From positions 167,586,001 to 167,650,000 of the forward strand of contig OZ024742.1 of assembly GCA_964016885.1 (NCBI GenBank): DNA of 64,000 bases, written 5' to 3'. Source of the stretch: Eledone cirrhosa. Taxonomy: Eukaryota. The translations under genes and the position numbers were made by a program. The notes below the pieces were generated by a model, which was given only the letters and a program-made list of their open reading frames with translations, ran no database searches and was not told the origin of the DNA. Positions 38,790-53,100 of the stretch are shown piece by piece (positions within the stretch are counted from its first letter, which is position 1; every line of letters begins with the position of its first letter).

Positions 38790-40510
38790 AAGGGGAGATA
38801 ATTTCCCGCCAGCGAAGAGAAGATAATTTTTTAAAAAATCAGGCGGAGATTGTAAAAAAAATCAGGGGGAGATAATTTGTAAAAAAATCAGGGGGAGATA
38901 ATTTGTAAAAAAATCAAGGGGAGATAATTTCCAGCTGTCCAAGGGGAGGTAATATCTAGCCGTCCAAGGGGAGATAATTTCCAGCCGTCCAAGGGGAGAT
39001 AATTTCCAGCCGTCCAAGTGTAGATAATATCCAGCCGTCCAAGGAGACATATTTTCCAGTCCTCCAAGGAGAGGTAATTTCTAGCCGTCCAAGTGGAGAT
39101 AAATTCCAGCCTCCAAGGGGAGATAATTTCCAGCCAGCCAAGGGGAGATAATTTGTAAAAAAATCAGGGGGAGATAATTTGTAAAAAAAATCAGGGGGAG
39201 ATAATTTGTACAAAAAATCAGGGGTAGATAATTTGTAAAAAAAAATCAGGGGGAGATAATTTGTAAAAAGAATCAAGGGGAGATAATTTGCAGCCGTCCA
39301 AGGGGAGATAATTTCCCGCCAGCCAAGGGAAGATAATATTTAAAAAAATCAGGCGGAGATAATTTGTAAAAAAAATCAGGGGGAGATAATTTGTAAAAAA
39401 ATCAGGGGGAGATAATTTGTAAAAAAAAAATCAGGGGGAGATTTGTAAAAAAAATCAGGGGGAGATAATTTGTAAAAAAAATCAGGGGTAGATAATTTGT
39501 AAAAAAAAATCAGGGGTAGATAATTTGTAAAAAAAAATCAGGGGGAGATAATTTGTAAAAAAAATCAATTGGAGATAATTTCCAGCCGTCCAAGGGGAGA
39601 TAATTTTCAGCCGTCCAAGGAGAGGTAATTTCTAGACGTCCAAGGGGAGATAATTTCCAGCCGTCCAATGGGAGATAATTTCCAGCCGTCCAAGGGGAGA
39701 TAATTTTTAAAAAAAAATCAGGCGGAGATAATTTGTAAAAAAAATCTAGGGGAGATAATTTGCAGCCGTCCAAGGGGAGATAATTTTCAGTCGTCCAAGG
39801 AGAGGTAATTTCTAGCCGTCCAAGGGGAGATAATTTCCAGCCGTCCAAGGGGAGATAATTTCCAGCCGTCCAAGGGGAGATAATTTTTTTAAAAAAATCA
39901 GGCGGAGATAATTTGTAAAAAAAATCAGGGGGAGATAATTTGTAAAAAAAAATCAGGGGGAGATAATTTGTAAAAAAAAATCAGGGGGAGATAATTTGTA
40001 AAAAAAATCAAGGAGAGATAATTTCCAGCCGTCCAAGGGAAGATAATTTCAAGCCCTCCAAGGGGCTATAATTTCCAGTGTCCAAGGGGAGATAATTTCC
40101 AGCCAGCGAAGGGGAGATAATTTTTTTTTTAAAATCAGGGGGAGATTTGTAAAAAAAATCAGGGGGAGATAATTTGTAAAAAAAATCAAGGGGAGATAAT
40201 TTCCAGCCGTCGAAGGGAAGATAATTTCCAGCCCTCCAAGGGGCTATAATTTCCAGCGTCCAAGGGGAGATAATTTCCAGCCAGCGAAGGGGAGATAATT
40301 TTTTTTTTTTAAAATCAGGGGAACATAATTTGTAAAAAAAATCAGGGGGAGATAATTTGTAAAAAAAATCAAGGGGAGATAATTTGTAAAAAAAAATCAG
40401 GGGGAGATAATTTGTAAAAAAAAATCAGGGGGAGATAATTTGTAAAAAAATCAAGGGGAGATAATTTGTAAAAAAAAATCAAGGGGAGATAATTTCCAGC
40501 CGTCCAAGGG
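38790..40510 (+). repeat. Direct copy of ~11845-13565 (offset ~26,947 bp). The first part is also a copy of ~35325-36318 (+3,466)
   Basis: ORFs 11916->38862, 12563->39510, 13422->40369 and 35396->38862 match. Markers are CAGCGAAGAGAAG, CAATTGGAG, TTCAAGCCCT and GGGGAACATA. Confidence 0.87.
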
Positions 40511-40944
40511 GAGATAGTTTCCAGCCGTGCAAGGGGAGATAATTTCCAGCCGTCCAAGGGGAGATAATTTCCATACTTCCAAGGGGAGATAATTTCCAGC
40601 CGTCCAAGGGGAGATAATTTCCCGCCAGCCAAGGAAAGATAATTTGTAAAAAAATCAGGGGGAGATAATTTGTAAAAAAAAAATCAGGGGGAGATAATTT
40701 GTAAAAAAAAATCAGGGGGAGATAATTTGTAAAAAAAAAATCAGGGGTAGATAATTTGTAAAAAAAATCAGGGCTAGATAATTTGTAAAAAAAAATCAGG
40801 GGGAGATAATTTGTAAAAAAAAATCAGGGGGAGATAATTTGTAAAAAAATCAAGGGGAGATAATATGCAGCCGTCCAAGGGGAGATAATTTTCAGCCGTC
40901 CAAGGAGAGATAATTTCCAGCCGTCCAAGGGGAGATAATTTTCA

Positions 40945-43215
40945 GCCGTCCAAGGGGAGATAATTTCCAGCCGTCCAAGGGGAGATAATTTCCATCCTTC
41001 CAAGGGGAGATAATTTCCAGCCGTCCAAGGGGAGATAATTTCCCGCCAGCCAAGGGAAGATAATTTTTAAAAAAATCAGGCGGAGATTGTAAAAAAAATC
41101 AGTGGGAGATAATTTGTAAAAAAATCAGGGGGAGATAATTTGTAAAAAAAAAATCAGGGGGAGACAATTTGTAAAAAAAATCAGGGGGAAATAATTTGTA
41201 AAAAAAAATCAAGGGGAGATAATTTGTACAAAAAATCAGGGGTATATAATTTGTAAAAAAAATCAGGGGGAGATAATTTGTAAAAAAAAATCAGGGGGAG
41301 ATAATTTGTAAAAAAATCAAGGGGAGATAATTTGCAGCCGTCCAAGGGGAGATAATTTTCAGCCGTCCAAGGAGAGGTAATTTCTAGCCGTCAAAGGTGA
41401 GATAATATCCAGCCGTCCAAGGGGAGATAATTTTTAAAAAAAAACAGGCGAAGATAATTTGTAAAAAAAAAATCAGGGGGAGATAATTTGTAAAAAAAAA
41501 TCAGGGGGAGATAATTTGTAAAAAAAAATCAGGGGGAGGTAATTTGTAAAAAAAATCAAGGGGAGATAATTTCCAGCCGTCCAAGGGAAGATAATTTCCA
41601 GCCCTCCAAGGGGCTATAATTTCCAGCGTCCAAGGGGAGATAATTTCCAGCCAGCGAAGGGGAGATAATTTTTTTTTTTTTAAATCAGGGGAACATAATT
41701 TGTAAAAAAAATCAGGGGGAGATAATTTGTAAAAAAAATCAAGGGGAGATAATTTGTAAAAAAAAAATCAGGGGGAGATAATTTGTAAAAAAAATCAGGG
41801 GGAGATAATTTGTAAAAAAAATCAAGGGGAGATAATTTGTAAAAAAAAATCAAGGGGAGATAATTTCCAGCCGTCCAAGGGGAGATAATTTTCAGCCGTC
41901 CAAGGGGAGATAATTTCCCGCCAGCCAAGGAAAGATAATATTTAAAAAAATCAGGCGGAGATAATTTGTAAAAAAAATCAGGGGGAGATAATTTGTAAAA
42001 AAATCAGGGGGAGATAATTTGTAAAAAAAAAATCAGGGGTAGATAATTTGTAAAAAAAAATCAGGGGGAGATAATTTGTAGCCGTCCAAGGGGAGATAAT
42101 TTTCAGCCGTCCAAGGAGAGGTAATTTCTAGACGTCCAAGGGGAGATAATTTCCAGCCGTCCAAGGGGAGATAATTTCCAGCCGTCCAAGGGTAGATAAT
42201 ATCCAGCCGTCCAAGGAGACATATTTTCCAGCTTTCCAAGGAGAGGTAATTTCTATCCGTCCAAGGGGAGATAAATTCCAGCCTCCAAGGGGAGATAATT
42301 TCCAGCCAGCCAAGGGAAGGAAATATTTAAAAAAATCAGGCGGAGATAATTTGTAAAAAAAATCAGGGGGAGATAATTTGTAAAAAAATCAGGGGGAGAT
42401 AATTTGTAAAAAAAAAATCAGGGGGAGATAATTTGTAAAAAAAAATCAGGGGTAGATGATTTGTAAAAAAAAATCAGGGGGAGATAATTTGTAAAAAAAA
42501 ATCAGGGGGAGATAATTTGTAAAAAAAATCAAGGGGAGATAATTTCCAGCCGTCCAAGGAGAGATAATTTTTAAAAAAAATCAGGCGGAGATAATTTGTA
42601 AAAAAAATCAAGGGGAGATAATTTGTAAAAAAAAATCAGGGGGAGATAATTTGTAAAAAAAATCAAGGGGAGATAATTTCCAGCCGTCCAAGGGAAGATA
42701 ATTTCCAGCACTCCAAGGGGCTATAATTTCCAGTGTCCAAGGGGAGATAATTTCCAGCCAGCGAAGGGGAGATAATTTTTTTAAAAAAATCAGGGGGAGA
42801 TATGTAAAAAAAATCAGAGGGAGATAATTTCCAGCCGTCCAAAGAGAGATAATTTCTAGCCGTCCAAGGGGAGAAAATTTCCAGCCAAGGGGAGATAATT
42901 TCCAGCCGTCCAAGGGGAGATAATTTTTTAAAAAATCAGGGGGAGATAATTTGTAAAAACAAAATCAAGGGCAGATAATTTCCAGCTGTCCAAGGGGAGA
43001 TAGTTTCCAGCCGTGCAAGGGGAGATAATTTCCAGCCGTCCAAGGGGAGATAATTTCCATACTTCCAAGGGGAGATAATTTCCAGCCGTCCAAGGGGAGA
43101 TAATTTCCCGCCAGCCAAGGGAAGATAATTTGTAAAAAAATCAGGGGGAGATAATTTGTAAAAAAAAAATCAGGGGGAGATAATTTGTAAAAAAAAAATC
43201 AGGGGTAGATAATTT
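40945..43215 (+). repeat. Direct copy of ~36300-38570 (offset 4,645 bp), repeated again at ~51325-53595 (+10,380)
   Basis: ORFs 37035->41680, 37388->42033->52413 and 38291->42936->53316 match. Markers are GGGGTATATA, AAACAGGCGAAG and GTAGCCGTCC. Confidence 0.88.
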
Positions 43216-44660
43216 GTAAAAAAAATCAGGGGGAGATAATTTGTAAAAAAATCAGGGGGAGATAATTTGTAAAAAAAAAATCAGGGGTAGATAATTTGTA
43301 AAAAAAAATCAGGGGGAGATAATTTGTAGCCGTCCAAGGGGAGATAATTTTCAGCCGTCCAAGGAGAGGTAATTTCTAGACGTCCAAGGGGAGATAATTT
43401 CCAGCCGTCCAAGGGGAGATAATTTCCAGCCTTCCAAGGGTAGATAATATCCAGCCGTCCAAGGAGACATATTTTCCAGCTTTCCAAGGAGAGGTAATTT
43501 CTATCCGTCCAAGGGGAGATAAATTCCAGCCTCCAAGGGGAGATAATTTCCAGCCAGCCAAGGGAAGGAAATATTTAAAAAAATCAGGCGGAGATAATTT
43601 GTAAAAAAAATCAGGGGGAGATAATTTGTAAAAAAATCAGGGGGAGATAATTTGTAAAAAAAAAATCAGGGGGAGATAATTTGTAAAAAAAAATCAGGGG
43701 TAGATGATTTGTAAAAAAAAATCAGGGGGAGATAATTTGTAAAAAAAAATCAGGGGGAGATAATTTGTAAAAAAAATCAAGGGGAGATAATTTCCAGCCG
43801 TCCAAGGAGAGATAATTTTAAAAAAAAATCAGGCGGAGATAATTTGTAAAAAAAATCAAGGGGAGATAATTTGTAAAAAAAAATCAGGGGGAGATAATTT
43901 GTAAAAAAAATCAAGGGGAGATAATTTCCAGCCGTCCAAGGGAAGATAATTTCCAGCACTCCAAGGGGCTATAATTTCCAGTGTCCAAGGGGAGATAATT
44001 TCCAGCCAGCGAAGGGGAGATAATTTTTTTAAAAAAATCAGGGGGAGATATGTAAAAAAAATCAGAGGGAGATAATTTCCAGCCGTCCAAAGAGAGATAA
44101 TTTCTAGCCGTCCAAGGGGAGAAAATTTCCAGCCAAGGGGAGATAATTTCCAGCCGTCCAAGGGGAGATAATTTTTTAAAAAATCAGGGGGAGATAATTT
44201 GTAAAAACAAAATCAAGGGCAGATAATTTCCAGCTGTCCAAGGGGAGATAGTTTCCAGCCGTGCAAGGGGAGATAATTTCCAGCCGTCCAAGGGGAGATA
44301 ATTTCCATACTTCCAAGGGGAGATAATTTCCAGCCGTCCAAGGGGAGATAATTTCCCGCCAGCCAAGGGAAGATAATTTGTAAAAAAATCAGGGGGAGAT
44401 AATTTGTAAAAAAAAAATCAGGGGGAGATAATTTGTAAAAAAAAAATCAGGGGTAGATAATTTGTTAAAAAATCAGGGGGAGATAATTTGTAAAAAAATC
44501 AGGGGGAGATAATTTGTAAAAAAAAAATCAGGGGTAGATAATTTGTAAAAAAAAATCAGGGGGAGATAATTTGTAGCCGTCCAAGGGGAGATAATTTTCA
44601 GCCGTCCAAGGAGAGGTAATTTCTAGACGTCCAAGGGGAGATAATTTCCAGCCAGCCAAG
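41975..44660 (+). repeat. 1,248-bp tandem duplication (two full copies and the start of a third)
   Basis: ORFs 42033->43281, 42608->43856 and 42936->44184 are all +1,248. The marker TTTGTAGCCGTCC occurs at ~42075, 43323 and 44570. Confidence 0.9.
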
Positions 44661-47600
44661 GGGAGATAATTTGTAAAAAAATCAGGGGGAGATAATTTGT
44701 AAAAAAAATCAGGGGGAGATAATTTGTAAAAAAAAATCAGGGGGAGATAATTTGTAAAAAAAAATCAGGGGGAGATAATTTGTAAAAAAAAATCAGGGGG
44801 AGATAATTTCCAGCCGTCCAAGGGGAGATAATTTTCAGCCGTCCAAGGGTAGATAATATCCAGCCGTCCAAGTAGACATTTTCCAGCCGTCCAAGGAGAG
44901 GTAATTTCTAGCCGTCCAAGGGGAGATAAATTCCAGCCTCCAAGGGAAGATAATTTCCAGCCAGCCAAGGGGAGATAATTTGTAAAAAAATCAGGGGGAG
45001 ATAATTTGTAAAAAAAATCAGGGGGAGATAATTTGTAAAAAAAAATCAGGTGGAGATAATTTGTAAAAAAAAATCAGGGGGAGATAATTTGTAAAAAAAA
45101 TCAAGGGGAGATAATTTCCAGCCGTCCAAGGGGAGATAATTTTCAGCCGTCCAAGGGGAGATAATTTCCAGCCGTCCAAGGGGAGATAATTTCCATCCTT
45201 CCAAGGGGAGATAATTTCCAGCCGTCCAAGGGGAGATAATTTTCAGCCGTCCAAGGGGAGATAATTTCCAGCCGTCCAAGGGGAGATAATTTCCAGCCGT
45301 CCAAGGGGAAATAATTTTTTAAAAAAAATCAGGCGGAGATAATTTGTAAAAAAAATTAGGGGGAGATAATTTGTAAAAAAAAATCAGGGGGAGATAATTT
45401 GTAAAAAAAAATCAGGGGGAGATAATTTCCAGCCGTCCAAGGTAAGATAATTTCCAGCCCTCCAAGGGGCTATAATTTCCAGCATCCAAGGGGAGATAAT
45501 TTCCAGCCGTCCAAGGGTAGATAATATCCAGCCGTCCAAGTAGACATATTTTCCAGCCGTCCAAGGAGAGGTAATTTCTAGCCGTCCAAGGGGAGATAAA
45601 TTCCAGCCTCCAAGGGGAGATAATTTAGAGCCAGCCAAGGGGAGATAATTTGTAAAAAAATCAGGGGGAGATAATTTGTAAAAAAAATCAGGGGGAGATA
45701 ATTTGTAAAAAAAAATCAGGGGGAGATAATTTGTAAAAAAAAATTAGGGGGAGATAATTTGTAAAAAAAAATCAGGGGGAGATAATTTCCAGCCGTCCAA
45801 GGGGAGATAATTTTCAGCCGTCCAAGGGTAGATAATATCCAGCCGTCCAAGTAGACATTTTCCAGCCGTCCAAGGAGAGGTAATTTCTAGCCGTCCAAGG
45901 GGAGATAAATTCCAGCCTCCAAGGGGAGATAATTTCCAGCCAGCCAAGGGGAGATAATTTGTAAAAAAATCAGGGGGAGATAATTTGTAAAAAAAAATCA
46001 GGGGGAGATAATTTGTAAAAAAAAATCAGGGGGAGATAATTTGTAAAAAAAAATCAGGGGGAGATAATTTGTAAAAAAAATCAAGGGGAGATAATTTCCA
46101 GCCGTCCAAGGGGAGATAATTTTCAGCCGTCCAAGGGGAGATAATTTCCAGCCGTCCAAGGGGAGATAATTTCCATCCTTCCAAGGGGAGATAATTTCCA
46201 GCCGTCCAAGGGGAGATAATTTTCAGTCGTCCAAGGGGAGATAATTTCCCGCCAGCCAAGGGAAGATAATATTTTTAAAAATCAGGCGGAGATAATTTGT
46301 AAAAAAAATCAGGGGGAGATAATTTGTAAAAAAATCAGGGGGAGATAATTTGTAAAAAAAAAATCAGGGGGAGATAATTTGTAAAAAAAATCAGGGGGAG
46401 ATAATTTGTAAAAAAAAAATCAGGGGTAGATAATTTGTAAAAAAAAATCAGGGGGAGATAATTTGTAAAAAAAAAATCAGGGGGAGATAATTTGTAAAAA
46501 AATCAGGGGGAGATAATTTGTAAAAAAAAATCAGGGGGAGATAATTTCCAGCCGTCCAAGGGGAGATAATTTTCAGCCGTCCAAGGGGAGATAATTTCCC
46601 GCCAGCCAAGGGAAGATAATATTTAAAAAAATCAGGCGGAGATAATTTGTAAAAAAAATCAGGGGGAGATAATTTGTAAAAAAATCAGGGGGAGATAATT
46701 TGTAAAAAAAATCAAGGGGAGATAATTTCCAGCCGTCCAAGGGGAGGTAATATCTAGCCGTCCAAGGGGAGATAATTTCCAGCCGTCCAACAGGAGATAA
46801 TTTCCAGCCGTCCAAGGGTAGATAATATCCAGCCGTCCAAGGAGACATATTTTCCAGCCGTCCAAGGAGAGGTAATTTCTAGCCGTCCAAGGGGAGATAA
46901 ATTCCAGCCTCCAAGGGGAGATAATTTCCAGCCAGCCAAGGGGAGATAATTTGTAAAAAAAATCAGGGGGAGATAATTTGTAAAAAAAAAATCAGGGGGA
47001 GATAATTTGTAAAAAAAAAATCAGGGGTAGATAATTTGTAAAAAAAATCAGGGGGAGATAATTTGTAAAAAAATCAGGGGGAGATAATTTGTAAAAAAAA
47101 AATCAGGGGTAGATAATTTGTAAAAAAAAATCAGGGGGAGATAATTTGTAGCCGTCCAAGGGGAGATAATTTTCAGCCGTCCAAGGAGAGGTAATTTCTA
47201 GACGTCCAAGGGGAGATAATTTCCAGCCGTCCAAGGGGAGATAATTTCCAGCCGTCCAAGGGTAGATAATATCCAGCCGTCCAAGGAGACATATTTTCCA
47301 GCTTTCCAAGGAGAGGTAATTTCTATCCGTCCAAGGGGAGATAAATTCCAGCCTCCAAGGGGAGATAATTTCCAGCCAGCCAAGGGAAGGAAATATTTAA
47401 AAAAATCAGGCGGAGATAATTTGTAAAAAAAATCAGGGGGAGATAATTTGTAAAAAAATCAGGGGGAGATAATTTGTAAAAAAAAAATCAGGGGGAGATA
47501 ATTTGTAAAAAAAAATCAGGGGTAGATGATTTGTAAAAAAAAATCAGGGGGAGATAATTTGTAAAAAAAAATCAGGGGGAGATAATTTGTAAAAAAAATC

Positions 47601-48559
47601 AAGGGGAGATAATTTCCAGCCGTCCAAGGAGAGATAATTTTTAAAAAAAATCAGGCGGAGATAATTTGTAAAAAAAATCAAGGGGAGATAATTTGTAAAA
47701 AAAAATCAGGGGGAGATAATTTGTAAAAAAAATCAAGGGGAGATAATTTCCAGCCGTCCAAGGGAAGATAATTTCCAGCACTCCAAGGGGCTATAATTTC
47801 CAGTGTCCAAGGGGAGATAATTTCCAGCCAGCGAAGGGGAGATAATTTTTTTAAAAAAATCAGGGGGAGATATGTAAAAAAAATCAGAGGGAGATAATTT
47901 CCAGCCGTCCAAAGAGAGATAATTTCTAGCCGTCCAAGGGGAGAAAATTTCCAGCCAAGGGGAGATAATTTCCAGCCGTCCAAGGGGAGATAATTTTTTA
48001 AAAAATCAGGGGGAGATAATTTGTAAAAACAAAATCAAGGGCAGATAATTTCCAGCTGTCCAAGGGGAGATAGTTTCCAGCCGTGCAAGGGGAGATAATT
48101 TCCAGCCGTCCAAGGGGAGATAATTTCCATACTTCCAAGGGGAGATAATTTCCAGCCGTCCAAGGGGAGATAATTTCCCGCCAGCCAAGGGAAGATAATT
48201 TGTAAAAAAATCAGGGGGAGATAATTTGTAAAAAAAAAATCAGGGGGAGATAATTTGTAAAAAAAAAATCAGGGGTAGATAATTTGTAAAAAAAATCAGG
48301 GGGAGATAATTTGTAAAAAAATCAGGGGGAGATAATTTGTAAAAAAAAAATCAGGGGTAGATAATTTGTAAAAAAAAATCAGGGGGAGATAATTTGTAGC
48401 CGTCCAAGGGGAGATAATTTTCAGCCGTCCAAGGAGAGGTAATTTCTAGACGTCCAAGGGGAGATAATTTCCAGCCAGCCAAGGGGAGATAATTTGTAAA
48501 AAAATCAGGGGGAGATAATTTGTAAAAAAAATCAGGGGGAGATAATTTGTAAAAAAAAA

Positions 48560-50140
48560 TCAGGGGGAGATAATTTGTAAAAAAAAATCAGGGGGAGATA
48601 ATTTCCAGCCGTCCAAGGTAAGATAATTTCCAGCCCTCCAAGGGGCTATAATTTCCAGCATCCAAGGGGAGATAATTTCCAGCCGTCCAAGGGTAGATAA
48701 TATCCAGCCGTCCAAGTAGACATATTTTCCAGCCGTCCAAGGAGAGGTAATTTCTAGCCGTCCAAGGGGAGATAAATTCCAGCCTCCAAGGGGAGATAAT
48801 TTCCAGCCAGCCAAGGGGAGATAATTTGTAAAAAAATCAGGGGGAGATAATTTGTAAAAAAAATCAGGGGGAGATAATTTGTAAAAAAAAATCAGGGGGA
48901 GATAATTTGTAAAAAAAAATTAGGGGGAGATAATTTGTAAAAAAAAATCAGGGGGAGATAATTTCCAGCCGTCCAAGGGGAGATAATTTTCAGCCGTCCA
49001 AGGGTAGATAATATCCAGCCGTCCAAGTAGACATTTTCCAGCCGTCCAAGGAGAGGTAATTTCTAGCCGTCCAAGGGGAGATAAATTCCAGCCTCCAAGG
49101 GGAGATAATTTCCAGCCAGCCAAGGGGAGATAATTTGTAAAAAAATCAGGGGGAGATAATTTGTAAAAAAAAATCAGGGGGAGATAATTTGTAAAAAAAA
49201 ATCAGGGGGAGATAATTTGTAAAAAAAAATCAGGGGGAGATAATTTGTAAAAAAAATCAAGGGGAGATAATTTCCAGCCGTCCAAGGGGAGATAATTTTC
49301 AGCCGTCCAAGGGGAGATAATTTCCAGCCGTCCAAGGGGAGATAATTTCCATCCTTCCAAGGGGAGATAATTTCCAGCCGTCCAAGGGGAGATAATTTTC
49401 AGTCGTCCAAGGGGAGATAATTTCCCGCCAGCCAAGGGAAGATAATATTTTTAAAAATCAGGCGGAGATAATTTGTAAAAAAAATCAGGGGGAGATAATT
49501 TGTAAAAAAATCAGGGGGAGATAATTAGTAAAAAAAAAATCAGGGGGAGATAATTTGTAAAAAAAATCAGGGGGAGATAATTTGTAAAAAAAAAATCAGG
49601 GGTAGATAATTTGTAAAAAAAAATCAGGGGGAGATAATTTGTAAAAAAAAATCAGGGGGAGATAATTTGTAAAAAAATCAGGGGGAGATAATTTGTAAAA
49701 AAAAATCAGGGGGAGATAATTTCCAGCCGTCCAAGGGGAGATAATTTTCAGCCGTCCAAGGGGAGATAATTTCCCGCCAGCCAAGGGAAGATAATATTTA
49801 AAAAAATCAGGCGGAGATAATTTGTAAAAAAAATCAGGGGGAGATAATTTGTAAAAAAATCAGGGGGAGATAATTTGTAAAAAAAATCAAGGGGAGATAA
49901 TTTCCAGCCGTCCAAGGGGAGGTAATATCTAGCCGTCCAAGGGGAGATAATTTCCAGCCGTCCAACAGGAGATAATTTCCAGCCGTCCAAGGGTAGATAA
50001 TATCCAGCCGTCCAAGGAGACATATTTTCCAGCCGTCCAAGGAGAGGTAATTTCTAGCCGTCCAAGGGGAGATAAATTCCAGCCTCCAAGGGGAGATAAT
50101 TTCCAGCCAGCCAAGGGGAGATAATTTGTAAAAAAAATCA
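48560..50140 (+). repeat. Direct copy of ~45385-46965 (offset 3,175-3,176 bp)
   Basis: ORFs 45384->48560, 45744->48920, 46026->49202 and 46754->49929 match. Markers are GGTAAGAT, CAGCATCC and CCAACAGGAG. Confidence 0.88.
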
Positions 50141-53100
50141 GGGGGAGATAATTTGTAAAAAAAATCAGGGGGAGATAATTTGTAAAAAAAATCAGGGGGA
50201 GATAATTTGTAAAAAAAAATCAGGGGGAGATAATTTGTAAAAAAAATCAGGGGGAGATAATTTGTAAAAAAAATCAAGGGGAGATAATTTCCAGCCGTCC
50301 AAGGGGAGATAATTTTCAGCCGTCCAAGGGGAGATAATTTCCCGCCAGCCAAGGGAAGATAATATTTAAAAAATGAGGCGGAGATAATTTGTAAAAAAAT
50401 CAGGGGGAGATAATTTGTAAAAAAAAAATCAGGGGGAGATAATTTGTAAAAAAAATCAGGGGGAGATAATTTGTAAAAAAAAATCAGGGGTAGATAATTT
50501 GTAAAAAAAAATCAGGGGGAGATAATTTGTAAAAAAAATCAAGGGGAGATAATTTCCAGCCGTCCAAGGGAAGATAATTTCAAGCCCTCCAAGGGGCTAT
50601 AATTTCCAGTGTCCAAGGGGAGATAATTTCCAGCCAGCGAAGGGGAGATAATTTTTTTTAAAAATCAGGGGGAGATTTGTAAAAAAAATCAGGGGGAGAT
50701 AATTTGTAAAAAAAATCAAGGGGAGATAATTTCCAGCCGTCGAAGGGAAGATAATTTCCAGCCCTCCAAGGGGCTATAATTTCCAGCGTCCAAGGGGAGA
50801 TAATTTCCAGCCAGCGAAGGGGAGATGATTTTTTTAAAAAAATCATTGGGAGATTTGTAAAAAAAATCAGGGAGAGATAATTTGTAAAAAAAATCAAGGG
50901 GAGATAATTTCCAGCCGTCCAAGGGGAGGTAATATCTAGCCGTCCAAGGGGAGATAATTTCCAGCCGTCCAAGGGGAGATAATTTCCAGCCGTCCAAGGG
51001 TAGATAATATCCAGCCGTCCAAGTAGACATTTTCCAGCCGTCCAAGGAGAGGTAATTTCTAGCCGTCCAAGGGGAGATAAATTCCAGCCTCCAAGGGGAG
51101 ATAATTTCCAGCCAGCCAAGGGGAGATAATTTGTAAAAAAATCAGGGGGAGATAATTTGTAAAAAAATCAGGGGGAGATAATTTGTAAAAAAAAATCAGG
51201 GGGAGATAATTTGTAAAAAAAAATCAGGGGGAGATAATTTGTAAAAAAAAATCAGGGGGAGATAATTTGTAAAAAAAATCAAGGGGAGATAATTTCCAGC
51301 CGTCCAAGGGGAGATAATTTTCAGCCGTCCAAGGGGAGATAATTTCCAGCCGTCCAAGGGGAGATAATTTCCATCCTTCCAAGGGGAGATAATTTCCAGC
51401 CGTCCAAGGGGAGATAATTTCCCGCCAGCCAAGGTAAGATAATTTTTAAAAAAATCAGGCGGAGATTGTAAAAAAAATCAGGGGGAGATAATTTGTAAAA
51501 AAATCAGGGGGAGATAATTTGTAAAAAAAAAATCAGGGGGAGACAATTTGTAAAAAAAATCAGGGGGAAATAATTTGTAAAAAAAAATCAAGGGGAGATA
51601 ATTTGTACAAAAAATCAGGGGTATATAATTTGTAAAAAAAATCAGGGGGAGATAATTTGTAAAAAAAAATCAGGGGGAGATAATTTGTAAAAAAAATCAA
51701 GGGGAGATAATTTGCAGCCGTCCAAGGGGAGATAATTTTAAGCCGTCCAAGGAGAGGTAATTTCTAGCCGTCCAAGGTGAGATAATATCCAGCCGTCCAA
51801 GGGGAGATAATTTTTAAAAAAAAACAGGCGAAGATAATTTGTAAAAAAAAAATCAGGGGGAGATAATTTGTAAAAAAAAATCAGGGGGAGATAATTTGTA
51901 AAAAAAAATCAGGGGGAGGTAATTTGTAAAAAAAATCAAGGGGAGATAATTTCCAGCCGTCCAAGGGAAGATAATTTCCAGCCCTCCAAGGGGCTATAAT
52001 TTCCAGCGTCCAAGGGGAGATAATTTCCAGCCAGCGAAGGGGAGATAATTTTTTTTTTTTTAAATCAGGGGAACATAATTTGTAAAAAAAATCAGGAGGA
52101 GATAATTTGTAAAAAAAATCAAGGGGAGATAATTTGTAAAAAAAAATCAGGGGGAGATAATTTGTAAAAAAAAATCAGGGGGAGATAATTTGTAAAAAAA
52201 ATCAAGGGGAGATAATTTGTAAAAAAAAATCAAGGGGAGATAATTTCCAGCCGTCCAAGGGGAGATAATTTTAAGCCGTCCAAGGGGAGATAATTTCCCG
52301 CCAGCCAAGGAAAGATAATATTTAAAAAAATCAGGCGGAGATAATTTGTAAAAAAAATCAGGGGGAGATAATTTGTAAAAAAATCAGGGGGAGATAATTT
52401 GTAAAAAAAAAATCAGGGGGAGAAAATTTGTAAAAAAAAATCAGGGGGAGATAATTTGTAGCCGTCCAAGGGGAGATAATTTTCAGCCGTCCAAGGAGAG
52501 GTAATTTCTAGACGTCCAAGGGGAGATAATTTCCAGCCGTCCAAGGGGAGATAATTTCCAGCCGTCCAAGGGTAGATAATATCCAGCCGTCCAAGGAGAC
52601 ATATTTTCCAGCTTTCCAAGGAGAGGTAATTTCTATCCGTCCAAGGGGAGATAAATTCCAGCCTCCAAGGGGAGATAATTTCCAGCCAGCCAAGGGAAGG
52701 AAATATTTAAAAAAATCAGGCGGAGATAATTTGTAAAAAAAATCAGGGGGAGATAATTTGTAAAAAAATCAGGGGGAGATAATTTGTAAAAAAAAAATCA
52801 GGGGGAGATAATTTGTAAAAAAAAATCAGGGGTAGATGATTTGTAAAAAAAAATCAGGGGGAGATAATTTGTAAAAAAAAATCAGGGGGAGATAATTTGT
52901 AAAAAAAATCAAGGGGAGATAATTTCCAGCCGTCCAAGGAGAGATAATTTTTAAAAAAAATCAGGCGGAGATAATTTGTAAAAAAAATCAAGGGGAGATA
53001 ATTTGTAAAAAAAAATCAGGGGGAGATAATTTGTAAAAAAAATCAAGGGGAGATAATTTCCAGCCGTCCAAGGGAAGATAATTTCCAGCACTCCAAGGGG

